A DNA stretch of 64,000 nt from an uncultured candidate division Zixibacteria bacterium (GCA_963713865.1 OY970208.1:1760001-1824000); one strand, 5' to 3'; numbered from the stretch's first letter, positions 9,992 to 19,307 are shown. Translations and numbers: made by a program. Notes: generated from the sequence alone by a model not told the origin.

Positions 9992-10639
9992 ATGTGGTGG
10001 AAAATATTAACTGGGTTACTGATTAGTATAGTAGTGGTTACCATATTTTTAATGCCGCCTCCACAGAAAGAGTTAGGCGAGGTCTCCAGGATATTTTTCT
10101 TTCACGTGCCAGTTGCCTGGGTAACGGTCTTGGCTTTTTTATTTGCGATGATTAATAGCATCCTATATCTTTCAAAAAAAGACCCGGTTTATGATACTCA
10201 GGCAGCAGTAGCTTCACAGCTTGGATTTTTGTTCGCTATCTTAGCCACAGTCTCAGGTGCAATTTTCGCTAAATCTGCCTGGGGCTCATACTGGAACTGG
10301 GACCCGAGGGAAACCTCCGTTTTCATTCTCCTTTTAATTTACGGAGCGTATCTTGCCTTGCGTTCCGCCATAGACTCAGAAGATCGAAGAGCAAATCTTT
10401 CTGCGGTTTATTCTATTTTAGCTTTTATCACGGTACCTTTTCTGGTCTTCGTGGTTCCGAGGGTATTTCAGTCTCTACATCCGGTAGATTCAGTAATAAG
10501 CTCTCAAATAAAAATCCAGATGCCATTTCCCGTTCTTTCCGTATTCTTATGCTCGCTTTTGGGATTTAGCTTGCTTTTTATCTGGATATATAAACTTGAA
10601 GTAAAGATAATTCTATTGGATAAAAAGAAACATTCGTAG
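9992..10639 (+). CDS. ccmC: Heme exporter CcmC
   Basis: IFFFHVPVAW, WGSYWNWDPRET (WWD domain), SLHP. Confidence 0.93.
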   Translation: MWWKILTGLLISIVVVTIFLMPPPQKELGEVSRIFFFHVPVAWVTVLAFLFAMINSILYLSKKDPVYDTQAAVASQLGFLFAILATVSGAIFAKSAWGSYWNWDPRETSVFILLLIYGAYLALRSAIDSEDRRANLSAVYSILAFITVPFLVFVVPRVFQSLHPVDSVISSQIKIQMPFPVLSVFLCSLLGFSLLFIWIYKLEVKIILLDKKKHS

Positions 10640-10661
10640 TTTGAAAAAAGGAGGTTTAGGG

Positions 10662-10769
10662 ATGTCTGCAAATTTCGGAGTGATGATTGTAGTATTAATT
10701 ATCTGGTTTGGTATATTCGCGTATTTATTAAGGCTGGATAAAAAGGTAAAAGAGCTAGAGAGAAAATGA
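10662..10769 (+). CDS. ccmD: CcmD-family small membrane protein (35 aa, not in ORF track)
   Basis: MSANFGVMIVVLIIWFGIFAYLLRLDKKVKELERK; GGAGG RBS; stop overlaps the ccmE ATG. Confidence 0.85.
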   Translation: MSANFGVMIVVLIIWFGIFAYLLRLDKKVKELERK

Positions 10770-11131
10770 AGTTGAAATATGTTATAGGCATAGGTATAAT
10801 TTTAATTTTTGTAGTTTTCGGAGCATTGTCTTTCAGAAAAAATCTAACCCCTTATGTAGGGTTTAAAGAGGCTAAAAGCTCTAATAACTCAGTTCAGATT
10901 ATTGGTGAAGTGCTCCCAGAGGAAACTAAGTATGATCTTGAAAACCAGAAATTTCATTTCTCCTTAAAGGATTCAAAAGGGGAGAAGATGAATATAGTTT
11001 TCAACGGGGTTAAGCCGGCTAATTTTGAGCAGGCTACAAGTGTTGTGGTAATAGGTAAATATCAGGAAGGAGTTTTTCTGGCAGATCAGGTCCTGGTTAA
11101 ATGCCCGTCCAAATATCAGGGGGTAAAATAG
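10766..11131 (+). CDS. ccmE: Heme chaperone CcmE, CxxxY variant
   Basis: N-terminal TM segment; C-terminal LVKCPSKY. Confidence 0.93.
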   Translation: MKLKYVIGIGIILIFVVFGALSFRKNLTPYVGFKEAKSSNNSVQIIGEVLPEETKYDLENQKFHFSLKDSKGEKMNIVFNGVKPANFEQATSVVVIGKYQEGVFLADQVLVKCPSKYQGVK

Positions 11132-13306
11132 ATGGCTTCAGGTGATCTTTTTCTGCTGTTTTGTCTTTTAGGAGCTATTTTCTCAGCCATTCTTTTTTTA
11201 TGGAGCGCAAAAGGGGATAAGAAAATATTATCCTGGGCCAAAATAGTATATTATCTGACATTTCTTTTTTCTCTCTTAGCCACTTTAGACCTTTTCTATC
11301 TTTTCCTGACTCATAATTTTCAGACCTCTTACGTGTTCGGATACAGCTCAACCGATTTACCTTTCTTCTATCTTATATCTTCTTTCTGGGCGGGTCAGGA
11401 AGGCACGTTTCTCTTGTGGCTTTTCATCGGGCTTTTGCTGGGACTTTTCCTGATTAAGAAAAAAGGGGATGGACTGCAGGGTTATGTTATATTTATTTAT
11501 CTTTTAGTTCAGATATTTTTACTGGTGCTGCTTTTGAAGAAAAGCCCTTTCGAACTTCTGCCTGACATTCCTCCGGAAGGAAAAGGGCTTAATCCTCTTT
11601 TGAAAGACCCCTGGATGGTTTCGCATCCCCCTCTGGTTTTCATCGGTTATGCTGGTTTAGCCATTCCGTTTGCTTATGCTTTAGCGGCTTTGATAAAGAA
11701 TAAATATGATACCTGGGTAAAGTCTTCTTTACCCTGGGTAGGGTTTTCCGCCCTGACTTTAGGTTCAGGAATTTTCGTTGGCGGATTCTGGGCTTATAAA
11801 GTCCTGGGCTGGGGAGGTTACTGGGGCTGGGATCCGGTAGAGAATGCTTCTTTGATTCCCTGGATAACGACTGTGGCTTTGTTACATGGTTTCGTCTTGG
11901 AGAGGAATAAAAATAGTCTGAAAAGAACAAATCTTTTTCTGGCTATAGCTTCTTTTCTTTTAGTTATGTACGGGACGTTTCTCACCCGGAGCGGGGTTTT
12001 AGCTGATTTCTCGGTTCATTCCTTTGCGGATTTGGGACTTAATCAATACCTTGTTTTCTTTATGCTTTTATTTTCAGCTTTTTCCCTGGGGCTTCTGGCC
12101 TTTCGTTCTTCAAATCTACGAAGCGCAGAGTCTGGTAAATCGATCTTATCCCAGGAGTTCGCAGTTCTTTTAGGGATTATCTTTTTGTCTTTTTCTGCAG
12201 TTTTAATCTTAATAGGGACTTCTGCTCCACTCCTGACAGGTTTGTCAGGTAAAGCCTCAAACGTTACTGTACCTTATTATATCAGGACAAATCTGCCAAT
12301 TGCCATTATCTTAGGATTACTTTTAAGCCTGTCTACTTTTTTGTCCTGGAAAGAGGTATCTGTCAAGGAACTTGGTAAAAAGATTACCCTGCCTTTAATA
12401 ATAGTTATAATCCTTTCGATAAATGCCTTGGCTTTTGGAGTCAGGAGTCTATCCTATTTCCTTTTTATTTTCTTTTCCATTTTTGTTCTGGTTTCAAATC
12501 TCATAATTTTCTTCAAAAGATTAAAAGGGAAACTGCTCAATACTGCGGGATATTTGACCCATATCGGCATCGGGCTGATGTTCATTGGAATCCTCACTTC
12601 ATCCGGCTATTCGAAGTCTGTAAAACTGAATCTGCTTAAAGGAGAAACTAAAGAAGCTTTCGGTTATCAGCTTACCTTTCAGGGTGAAGAAAATTCTTCA
12701 AGTAAGAATGAAAATATACTTTTGGTGCAGGTGAAAAAGGGTAAAGAGAGCTTTACAGCTAAGCCCGGACTCTACTGGAGCGAATACAATCAGGGGATGA
12801 TGAGAAAACCACATATAAAAAGAGGGATGATAGAAGATTATTATTTTGCTCCGATGGAATACAAAAAAGAGGCATTAAATTTCTCCGAGCCGTTCAATCT
12901 ATCTAAAGGGGAGGAAAAAGAGGTCGAGGGTTACAAAATCAAGTTCCTGAATTTCGATATGACCTCACATGAACAGGGGGGAGAGGTAAGAGTAGGTGCT
13001 ATTCTGGAAATCAGCTATCAGAATCAGAAGGGAACTGTTACCCCGGCGATTGTATTCGGAGAACAGAATAAAATGATCCAGATTGAAGCTGGATTGCCGG
13101 GTGGTAACCTGATATTTTTGGAAAGAGTGATGGCTGATCAGAAAATGGTGACTTTAAGTATAGGTAAGAAGGGGGAAGAAAACAGGGGAGAGGTCCTCCT
13201 GTTGGAAGTAAGCAAGAAACCTTTGATTAATCTTCTGTGGCTGGGTTTGGTTGTGATTATGCTTGGTCTTTTCATGATGACCTGGAGAAGAAGTAAAGAA
13301 ATGTAG
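11132..13306 (+). CDS. ccmF: Cytochrome c heme lyase CcmF
   Basis: WAGQEGTFLLW, HPP, WGGYWGWDPVEN, TRSG..SVHSF. Confidence 0.95.
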   Translation: MASGDLFLLFCLLGAIFSAILFLWSAKGDKKILSWAKIVYYLTFLFSLLATLDLFYLFLTHNFQTSYVFGYSSTDLPFFYLISSFWAGQEGTFLLWLFIGLLLGLFLIKKKGDGLQGYVIFIYLLVQIFLLVLLLKKSPFELLPDIPPEGKGLNPLLKDPWMVSHPPLVFIGYAGLAIPFAYALAALIKNKYDTWVKSSLPWVGFSALTLGSGIFVGGFWAYKVLGWGGYWGWDPVENASLIPWITTVALLHGFVLERNKNSLKRTNLFLAIASFLLVMYGTFLTRSGVLADFSVHSFADLGLNQYLVFFMLLFSAFSLGLLAFRSSNLRSAESGKSILSQEFAVLLGIIFLSFSAVLILIGTSAPLLTGLSGKASNVTVPYYIRTNLPIAIILGLLLSLSTFLSWKEVSVKELGKKITLPLIIVIILSINALAFGVRSLSYFLFIFFSIFVLVSNLIIFFKRLKGKLLNTAGYLTHIGIGLMFIGILTSSGYSKSVKLNLLKGETKEAFGYQLTFQGEENSSSKNENILLVQVKKGKESFTAKPGLYWSEYNQGMMRKPHIKRGMIEDYYFAPMEYKKEALNFSEPFNLSKGEEKEVEGYKIKFLNFDMTSHEQGGEVRVGAILEISYQNQKGTVTPAIVFGEQNKMIQIEAGLPGGNLIFLERVMADQKMVTLSIGKKGEENRGEVLLLEVSKKPLINLLWLGLVVIMLGLFMMTWRRSKEM

Positions 13307-13319
13307 TAGTGGGTTTTTC

Positions 13320-13619
13320 GTAGTGCGACCCTTTTAGGGTCGCTGTAGTTGTAATGGTCCGCCTGGGGTGGATCAGCCTTCCATCGTTTTTCGTAGTGCG
13401 ACTCCTTTCAAGGACTGTTGAAAAAATGGAATTAGTAGAGTGTCATTCTGAATCCCCGTAGGGGATGAAGAATCTCTGTATTACTTAATAAGATTCTTCG
13501 GTCGTCCCCGTAAGGGACTCCCTCAGAATGACAAAGCTCGTAGTGCGACCCTGCTTGTCCCGTCGCAGGCGGGATCAGGGTCGCAAGAATGGTAGGACAG
13601 GACAGTGTCCTGTCCCTAC
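13320..13619. repeat. Cluster of GTAG-type REP hairpins
   Basis: GTAGTGCGAC at about 13320, 13393 and 13540; GTAGGACAGGACAGTGTCCTGTCCCTAC at 13592-13619. Confidence 0.7.
13441..13533. repeat. Palindromic miniature element TGTCATTCTGA...AAGAATCT / AGATTCTT...TCAGAATGACA
   Basis: Nested inverted repeats; second, truncated copy at 13721-13780. Confidence 0.8.
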
Positions 13620-13781
13620 ATACATTATAGGTATCCCCACCTTGCCCTCAAGGTGGGGTAATATTATATGTTCGTAATTCGTCATTAATTATTATATTAA
13701 CGCAATGTACTCCTTTCATCTGTCATTCTGAGTCCCCGTAGGGGACGAAGAATCTTCATATTAATCTTAGAGATTCTTCGA

Positions 13782-13873
13782 GGGTGGCACCCTCAAACTT
13801 GTTTGAGGGTGAGTCTGGAAGTTTCTGCAAATGCCTTTAATAGCATCCCCAAAACAATTTTGGGGATGGCACG
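13782..13873. repeat. Double-hairpin REPIN-like element
   Basis: CACCCTCAAAC-TT-GTTTGAGGGTG and CATCCCCAAAA-CAA-TTTTGGGGATG; fragments recur near 27375 and 61470. Confidence 0.6.
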
Positions 13874-13942
13874 CCACCTTGCCCTACTTTTTCTTTGTTA
13901 TCCAACGTTCTTCATCCGTTATATTTTTAGCGTATATTTTGT

Positions 13943-13971
13943 TTGACATCTAAGCTGGTTGATTTTATATT
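13943..13971 (+). promoter_or_regulatory. sigma70 promoter of the tRNA genes
   Basis: TTGACA-17 nt-TATATT, 12 nt upstream of tRNA-Arg. Confidence 0.75.
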
Positions 13972-13983
13972 GGCTTTAAATTT

Positions 13984-14057
13984 GCGCCTATAGCTCAACT
14001 GGATAGAGCATCGGACTTCGGATCCGAGGGTTGAGGGTTCAAATCCCCCTAGGCGCG
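13984..14057 (+). tRNA. tRNA-Arg (anticodon TCG), CCA not encoded
   Basis: Acceptor stem GCGCCTA/TAGGCGC; anticodon arm TCGGA-CT-TCG-GA-TCCGA; T-loop TTCAAAT. Confidence 0.95.
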
Positions 14058-14268
14058 GTGGGAAGTGATTAGTGAGAGAGTGATTAGTGATTAGGTGATA
14101 GTAAATAGATAGCAGGTCATAGGTGATAGGTTGTAGGTCAAAGGTTATAGATAGGAGGGAAGGGCACTAACCACTATGAACTATGAACCATTAACCAATA
14201 AGTGAAAGAGTAATTAGCTTTTTCTTTTGACTTTAGCCTATAGACTTTAGACTTAAGACTGTGTTTCC

Positions 14269-14343
<75 letters not shown>

Positions 14344-14436
14344 CTTTCAATTAAAGGCTAAAGGCAAGAGGCAATAGTCTAAAAGCAAATTTGGAGTGTA
14401 AAGTCTTTAGATCCTGGTGACTTTAGCTTTACCTTA

Positions 14437-14466
14437 GTAGTAGGTCAGGAGCTTTATGCTCCTTAC
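14437..14466 (+). repeat. Array REPIN-like repeat, left half
   Basis: GTAGTAGGTCAGGAGC-TTTAT-GCTCCTTAC. Confidence 0.75.
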
Positions 14467-14511
14467 GTAATCTGAAAACCATATAAACATAAATTAAGAG
14501 CACTTCCACCG

Positions 14512-15213
14512 ATGTACTGGAAGCGATACCAAGAGGAAACCGCTAGCTTTTTTCGAAGCCTTGGCTGCGATGTAGAAGTTGACGCAACAGTGAAAGGAGC
14601 TCGCGCGAAGCACAAGGTTGATGTATTAGTCCGGTTCAGACGGTTTGGATTAGAAACAAAATGGGTAGTCGAGTGCAAGCTTTGGCAGACATCTGTACCC
14701 AAGGAAAAAGTGCTGGCGTTGAAATCAACCATCGAGGATGTGGGAGCGGACCGTGGTATTTTGGTATCATCGGCAGGTTTTCAGAGTGGCGCGGTCCGTG
14801 CCGCTACAAGCACCAATATCTCACTAACCAGTCTGGATGAACTCAAAGAGACTGCGGAAGAAGAGCTAGTGTCATCTGTCCTCCACACTCTTGAAACAAG
14901 AGTAATTGAGCTGAAGTACGCTCTATCAGACCTCTACAGCATAGAACAGACAACTTCTCACTTTTGGATATCCATGCCCCTTATTGGGGTGGATAGTGGT
15001 GCTGTGTACCGTGCTATTGGTGCTCTTTCCTTCCTTGAGTTTGGATTTGACCGAGCACGACTCCGGAAACCTCCGTACCCAATCAAGTTCGGTGAACCTG
15101 GCCAAGGGCAGTTCCTTGCTATGACGCTAGAGGAATTCGTCGAGGGCGCTGCTCAAGTCATCTGTGAGGCGCAAACCACGCTGAATTCACAGCACCCGGG
15201 GAAATTCTCATAA
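14512..15213 (+). CDS. Mrr-like (PD-D/ExK) restriction endonuclease domain protein
   Basis: E...HKVDVLV...VVECKLW...DVGADRGILVSSAGFQSGA pattern. Confidence 0.8.
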   Translation: MYWKRYQEETASFFRSLGCDVEVDATVKGARAKHKVDVLVRFRRFGLETKWVVECKLWQTSVPKEKVLALKSTIEDVGADRGILVSSAGFQSGAVRAATSTNISLTSLDELKETAEEELVSSVLHTLETRVIELKYALSDLYSIEQTTSHFWISMPLIGVDSGAVYRAIGALSFLEFGFDRARLRKPPYPIKFGEPGQGQFLAMTLEEFVEGAAQVICEAQTTLNSQHPGKFS

Positions 15214-15224
15214 TATGAGTCTTC

Positions 15225-15282
15225 GCCTAACTCATCATTTCAGCGGACTCGATGCACTTGCTGCTGATTTTGAACGTTGTGC
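15225..15282 (+). mobile_element. attC-like integron recombination site (58 bp)
   Basis: GCCTAAC (RYYYAAC) ... TCAGCGG / TTGCTGCTGA inner stem ... GTTGTGC (near GTTRRRY), 11 nt after a stop codon. Confidence 0.65.
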
Positions 15283-15309
15283 TGTAAATATATTCTGTGC
15301 GGAGATGTT

Positions 15310-15615
15310 ATGTTAAATGAGAAGTCTATTAAGATCGGAAACGCTTTTCATAAGTATGCCGATTCTGGAGATAAATCCCATATTGAGAATTTCACTTTAG
15401 AAGAAATAGAGAATGCAATCATACAGTATGGGTTAGACAAAGGTTCCCCATTTTACATTGCAATGGAACGACGAATTAACGAATTAAAAGCAATTGAAAG
15501 CCAACGACAATTGAAACAAGAAAAATGGAAAGATAGGTTATATGGGTTCGTATTTGGTCTTCTGATTGGGTTAATTCTATATTTAATCAAATATTTATTA
15601 GAGAAAGGGAAATAA
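15310..15615 (+). CDS. Hypothetical protein with a C-terminal TM helix (101 aa)
   Basis: GGAG RBS before ATG 15310; hydrophobic LYGFVFGLLIGLILYLI. Confidence 0.7.
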   Translation: MLNEKSIKIGNAFHKYADSGDKSHIENFTLEEIENAIIQYGLDKGSPFYIAMERRINELKAIESQRQLKQEKWKDRLYGFVFGLLIGLILYLIKYLLEKGK

Positions 15616-15623
15616 AAGTATTA

Positions 15624-15813
15624 GTAGCTTAGAAGCTACGTGCTCCTGAAACTATCATTAAGATTTTAAACTTACACCCTACACTTCTCTTAAAAAGAGA
15701 GGGGGATTAAGGGGATGAGTTTAGAAGGTTGTCAGCCACCCTGAGTTTGTGCTTCGACAGACTCAGCACCCTGAGGTAATCGAAGGGTCGAAGGGTGGGT
15801 ATGGTTGACCTGC
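15624..15813 (+). repeat. Composite nested repeat, copy 1
   Basis: About 185-bp direct repeat of 18334-18520. Confidence 0.9.
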
Positions 15814-15995
15814 AAGCTGGAGACATACCCGTTGCCTTTCATAAACAAATTAAATTTTTCACAATTTAATATACACTATAATCAAGCATAATCACCTTGA
15901 CATCAAGGTTGAGCTGTGTAATATTATATAAAGAGCAAAAACCGATTCAGAGGGGGATTTATGACAGAAAGCTTAAAAAGATCAAGGGAGGATGT

Positions 15996-18167
15996 ATGAA
16001 AAATAAGACTATGATTAGTATACTCCTATTCATTGGTATTAGTCTCATTGCAGGTGAGGTTTTCTCTGAGACAAATCACCCGAACAAAGCTTATGACCTG
16101 CTCAAAAATCTTGAGACAGGATACGAACAGTTTGAGGAAATCGAGATTGGGGACAAAATAGTATATTTTTATCAAAGGGTGGTGGGCAATGCGATCGTGG
16201 AGAAAGATTTTATAGTTTACTACTTTAACAAAGATACTCAGGAACTCATAGCCAAAAATAGTCACTGGCGGGAAGACATTCCGGAAAATTTACCTGAGAT
16301 GATGGTGACGAAAGAACAAGCAGAAGCTGTGGTTGGCGGGGAGGTTCAATACTCTAAGCTATACTATATATCCCCGGAATCAGATGTTTTTCCAATCAAG
16401 CCAGCACCCCGAAATCCCTGCTGGGTCGTGAGAAGCATAGATAATGGTAACTTGACCGAGACAGTCGTTGATGCTGTGGATGGTAAAATATGGGGTAATG
16501 CTATTCCGCCACCCTACACCGGATTCTCGATGACAGGACCTTGGTATTTTGACCTCTGTAGCGGTTTTTGGGAGTCCTGGTATGAAAATGCTGCCGAGTG
16601 GTTCGATAGAATGGGATATTCCACAGAATCTACAGTATGGCCAACAGAGGAAAAGATTAAAAGCCATATTCAATCTAGTGAAACTGCAATGTTTTATGAG
16701 ATTGCTCACAGCGAGGGGAGAAGTGACCAATTTAAGAGCGGCTGCGTAGATGGAACCGATCCAGAATACACTTATGCCAGCGAGATCAAGACCTGGATTG
16801 CCGATTATCAAAAAATGCCGTTCGCTTTCCTGGCAAGCTGTTACGCGCTGTGCGACACAGGTGAGGGCACCTTATCACATGAGTTCAGGAAGGGCTCCAC
16901 TGAAAAAACGGTTACGCTGGGTTACTGTAATATGAGCGAGGAACAATGTGCTGATTGCTGGACATATTCTCTGTCCTGGCAAGATACGCTGTTCTTCTAC
17001 CTGAGTCAAGGCTGGACAGTGAAACAGGCATTTGATAAAGCTAATTTAGCATACCCTGCTTGCGCAATTCCGAATTGCATGCGATTCGCTGGAGATGTAA
17101 ATTTTGCGGTTATCCCTACAGTAGCGAGGGAACCGGTTGAATGCGGAGATACAATAACTCAAGACAAGACATTACACAATGACCTTTTAGATTGTGTGAG
17201 TCACGGCTTGATAATCAATGCTGACAGTATAACCATTGATTGTGATGGTCACCTGATCCAGGGAGACGAAGCTGGTATCGATTATGGAATTTATCTGAAC
17301 CACAGAGAGGGTATCACCATCAAGAACTGCAAGGTGCAAGGATTTGAGATAGGAATTAATCTGGATTCCAGTTGCAACAACAATCTGGAGAGAAATACCC
17401 TAAGGGATAACAGCTATGGAGTATATCTTGGCAATTCGCAGAATAATACCTTCCGGAACAATAAATTTATAGATAATGTGGTAAACGCCTATGAAGATTC
17501 TATCTCTAATAATAATGACTGGAATCCAAATAATAGCGGCAACTTCTGGTCTGACTGCTATTATAATCCTGGCTACCCGGATTATTATGAGATTTCCGGA
17601 CCAGGTGATGGGGTGGACCACTACCCCGATTGCCCAAATACTCCTCCCGGGCTATTTTCTCTCCTTTCACCTTCCGACAGCAGTTTAATCTTTTGTTTTC
17701 CCTTCTATCCCATGCCATACGTTCCCTGTGAGGTAACTTTTGACTGGGAAGATGCCGTAGACCCTGACCCATGGGATGATACCATAAGATATGATTTATA
17801 TATTAGCACTTCTTCAGTTTTCTCTCCCGATTCAACGACCATATATAATAGTCTTCTTAACAGCCAATATACTGATACCCTTGCCCTGGGAAGTTTTTTC
17901 TGGACAGTAAGGGCTTATGACAATCGTTCTGAAACATGGGCTAAAGATACGTTGAGCTTTTGCTTTTTTGAAATAGGTGATGCAAACTGCAATAACTCTT
18001 TATCGGTTTCTGATGTGGTCTACATAATAAACTATCTCTTCAAAAGCGGTCTTCCTCCTTGTGGTATGCAAGCGGCAGATGTTACTTGCGATGGTCGGGT
18101 AACTGTAAGCGACGTGATCTATTTGATTAATTATCTTTTCAAAGGTGGCCCACCGAATGGGTGTTGA
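15996..18167 (+). CDS. Secreted protein: putative clan CD-like peptidase domain, beta-helix (NosD-like) region, FN3-like domain, dockerin
   Basis: GGAGG RBS before ATG 15996; EIAHSEG and FLASC motifs; GIYL..S.NN repeats; GDANCNNSLSVSDVVYIINYLF. Confidence 0.75.
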   Translation: MKNKTMISILLFIGISLIAGEVFSETNHPNKAYDLLKNLETGYEQFEEIEIGDKIVYFYQRVVGNAIVEKDFIVYYFNKDTQELIAKNSHWREDIPENLPEMMVTKEQAEAVVGGEVQYSKLYYISPESDVFPIKPAPRNPCWVVRSIDNGNLTETVVDAVDGKIWGNAIPPPYTGFSMTGPWYFDLCSGFWESWYENAAEWFDRMGYSTESTVWPTEEKIKSHIQSSETAMFYEIAHSEGRSDQFKSGCVDGTDPEYTYASEIKTWIADYQKMPFAFLASCYALCDTGEGTLSHEFRKGSTEKTVTLGYCNMSEEQCADCWTYSLSWQDTLFFYLSQGWTVKQAFDKANLAYPACAIPNCMRFAGDVNFAVIPTVAREPVECGDTITQDKTLHNDLLDCVSHGLIINADSITIDCDGHLIQGDEAGIDYGIYLNHREGITIKNCKVQGFEIGINLDSSCNNNLERNTLRDNSYGVYLGNSQNNTFRNNKFIDNVVNAYEDSISNNNDWNPNNSGNFWSDCYYNPGYPDYYEISGPGDGVDHYPDCPNTPPGLFSLLSPSDSSLIFCFPFYPMPYVPCEVTFDWEDAVDPDPWDDTIRYDLYISTSSVFSPDSTTIYNSLLNSQYTDTLALGSFFWTVRAYDNRSETWAKDTLSFCFFEIGDANCNNSLSVSDVVYIINYLFKSGLPPCGMQAADVTCDGRVTVSDVIYLINYLFKGGPPNGC

Positions 18168-18223
18168 GAGCACCCAGAAGCGATGAAAAGAGGCTGAATA
18201 TTCTCGCTTGGTGCCATCAGAAA

Positions 18224-18310
18224 AGTTCTGAACTCGTCCATCTGGGGACGCTTTGATTAATCAGGCAAAAAGCAATAGTCAAAAGGCTTGCAAAACTGGA
18301 GTGTAAAGAT
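18224..18310 (+). repeat. Degenerate duplicate of the tRNA-Glu 3' end and its downstream flank
   Basis: TGGGGACGCTTT at 18243-18254 equals 14336-14347; both are followed by GCAATAGTC and TGGAGTGTAAAG. Confidence 0.7.
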
Positions 18311-18333
18311 TTATCTTTACCATAGATAATATA

Positions 18334-18520
18334 TTAGAAGCTACGTGCTCCTGAAACTATCATAAAGGTTTTGAACTCACCCCTGTGTCCCCTCTCTTAA
18401 AAAGAGAGGGAGAATAAGGGGGTGAGTTTAGAATGCTGTCAACCACCCTGAGTTTGTGCTTCGACAGACTCAGCACCCTGAGGTAATCGAAGGGTCGAAG
18501 GGTGGGTATGGTTGACCTAC
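18334..18520 (+). repeat. Composite nested repeat, copy 2
   Basis: Direct repeat of 15629-15813. Confidence 0.9.
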
Positions 18521-18554
18521 GACTCAAATAAATCAGCCATTTAAGGAGATTCTT

Positions 18555-19307
18555 ATGCACACCACAGGAAACACTATCTTAATTACCGGAGGAGCAACCG
18601 GCATTGGATTTGCTCTGGCAGAAGCTTTTCTCCTAAAAGGAAACGAAGTTCTCATTTGCGGTAGACGGGAAGATAAGCTGGTTGAAGCTAAAAACAAATT
18701 GCCTAAACTCCATACCAGAAGATGTGACCTTGCTGAGACAGAAGATCGAAAGCGTTTATTGGATTGGGCGGTCACGAATTTCAGGAGCCTGAACATCCTG
18801 ATCAACAATGCAGGTATTCAAAGGGAGATCGATTTCGAAAAGGGAACAGCTGATTTGCTAAGCGGGGAAAACGAAATCGAAATAAACCTGCAGGCTCCGG
18901 TTCATCTTTCTGCATTATTTATTCCTCATTTAATGAAACAGAAAGAAGCAGCCATTGTGAACATCTCCTCCGGACTTGGTTTCGTTCCCCTGGCGATTAT
19001 GCCGGTGTATTGTGCTACAAAAGCAGCAATACATTCTTTCAGCTTATCATTGAGACACCAGCTCAGGGATACATCCATAAAAGTATTCGAAATTATCCCT
19101 CCTACAACGGACACAGAGCTTGACAGGGGAGCACGGGATAAAAGAGGCCAGGCAGATCGGGGAATAAAGCCTGAAGTAGTTGCGGAAGCAGCTATCGAAG
19201 CAATAGACAAGGATAACTATGAGACTGCAGTTGGTCAGGCACAATTCTTACGCGATAGTTCGAGAAAAGAGCCAGAACGGGTGTTTCAGATCATAAATGC
19301 GAGATAG
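18555..19307 (+). CDS. Short-chain dehydrogenase/reductase (DltE-like)
   Basis: TGGATGIG, NNAG, YCATK. Confidence 0.92.
   Translation: MHTTGNTILITGGATGIGFALAEAFLLKGNEVLICGRREDKLVEAKNKLPKLHTRRCDLAETEDRKRLLDWAVTNFRSLNILINNAGIQREIDFEKGTADLLSGENEIEINLQAPVHLSALFIPHLMKQKEAAIVNISSGLGFVPLAIMPVYCATKAAIHSFSLSLRHQLRDTSIKVFEIIPPTTDTELDRGARDKRGQADRGIKPEVVAEAAIEAIDKDNYETAVGQAQFLRDSSRKEPERVFQIINAR

Noticed and set aside
15897-15995. Upstream extensions of ORF-track starts (also 874, 15277, 19688, 20743, 26466, 58372)
   Set aside because: Downstream ATGs have better RBS or stop-start coupling; the extensions overlap promoters, repeats or neighbouring genes.
18360-18560. 66-aa minus-strand ORF
   Set aside because: It is a translation of the composite palindromic repeat.
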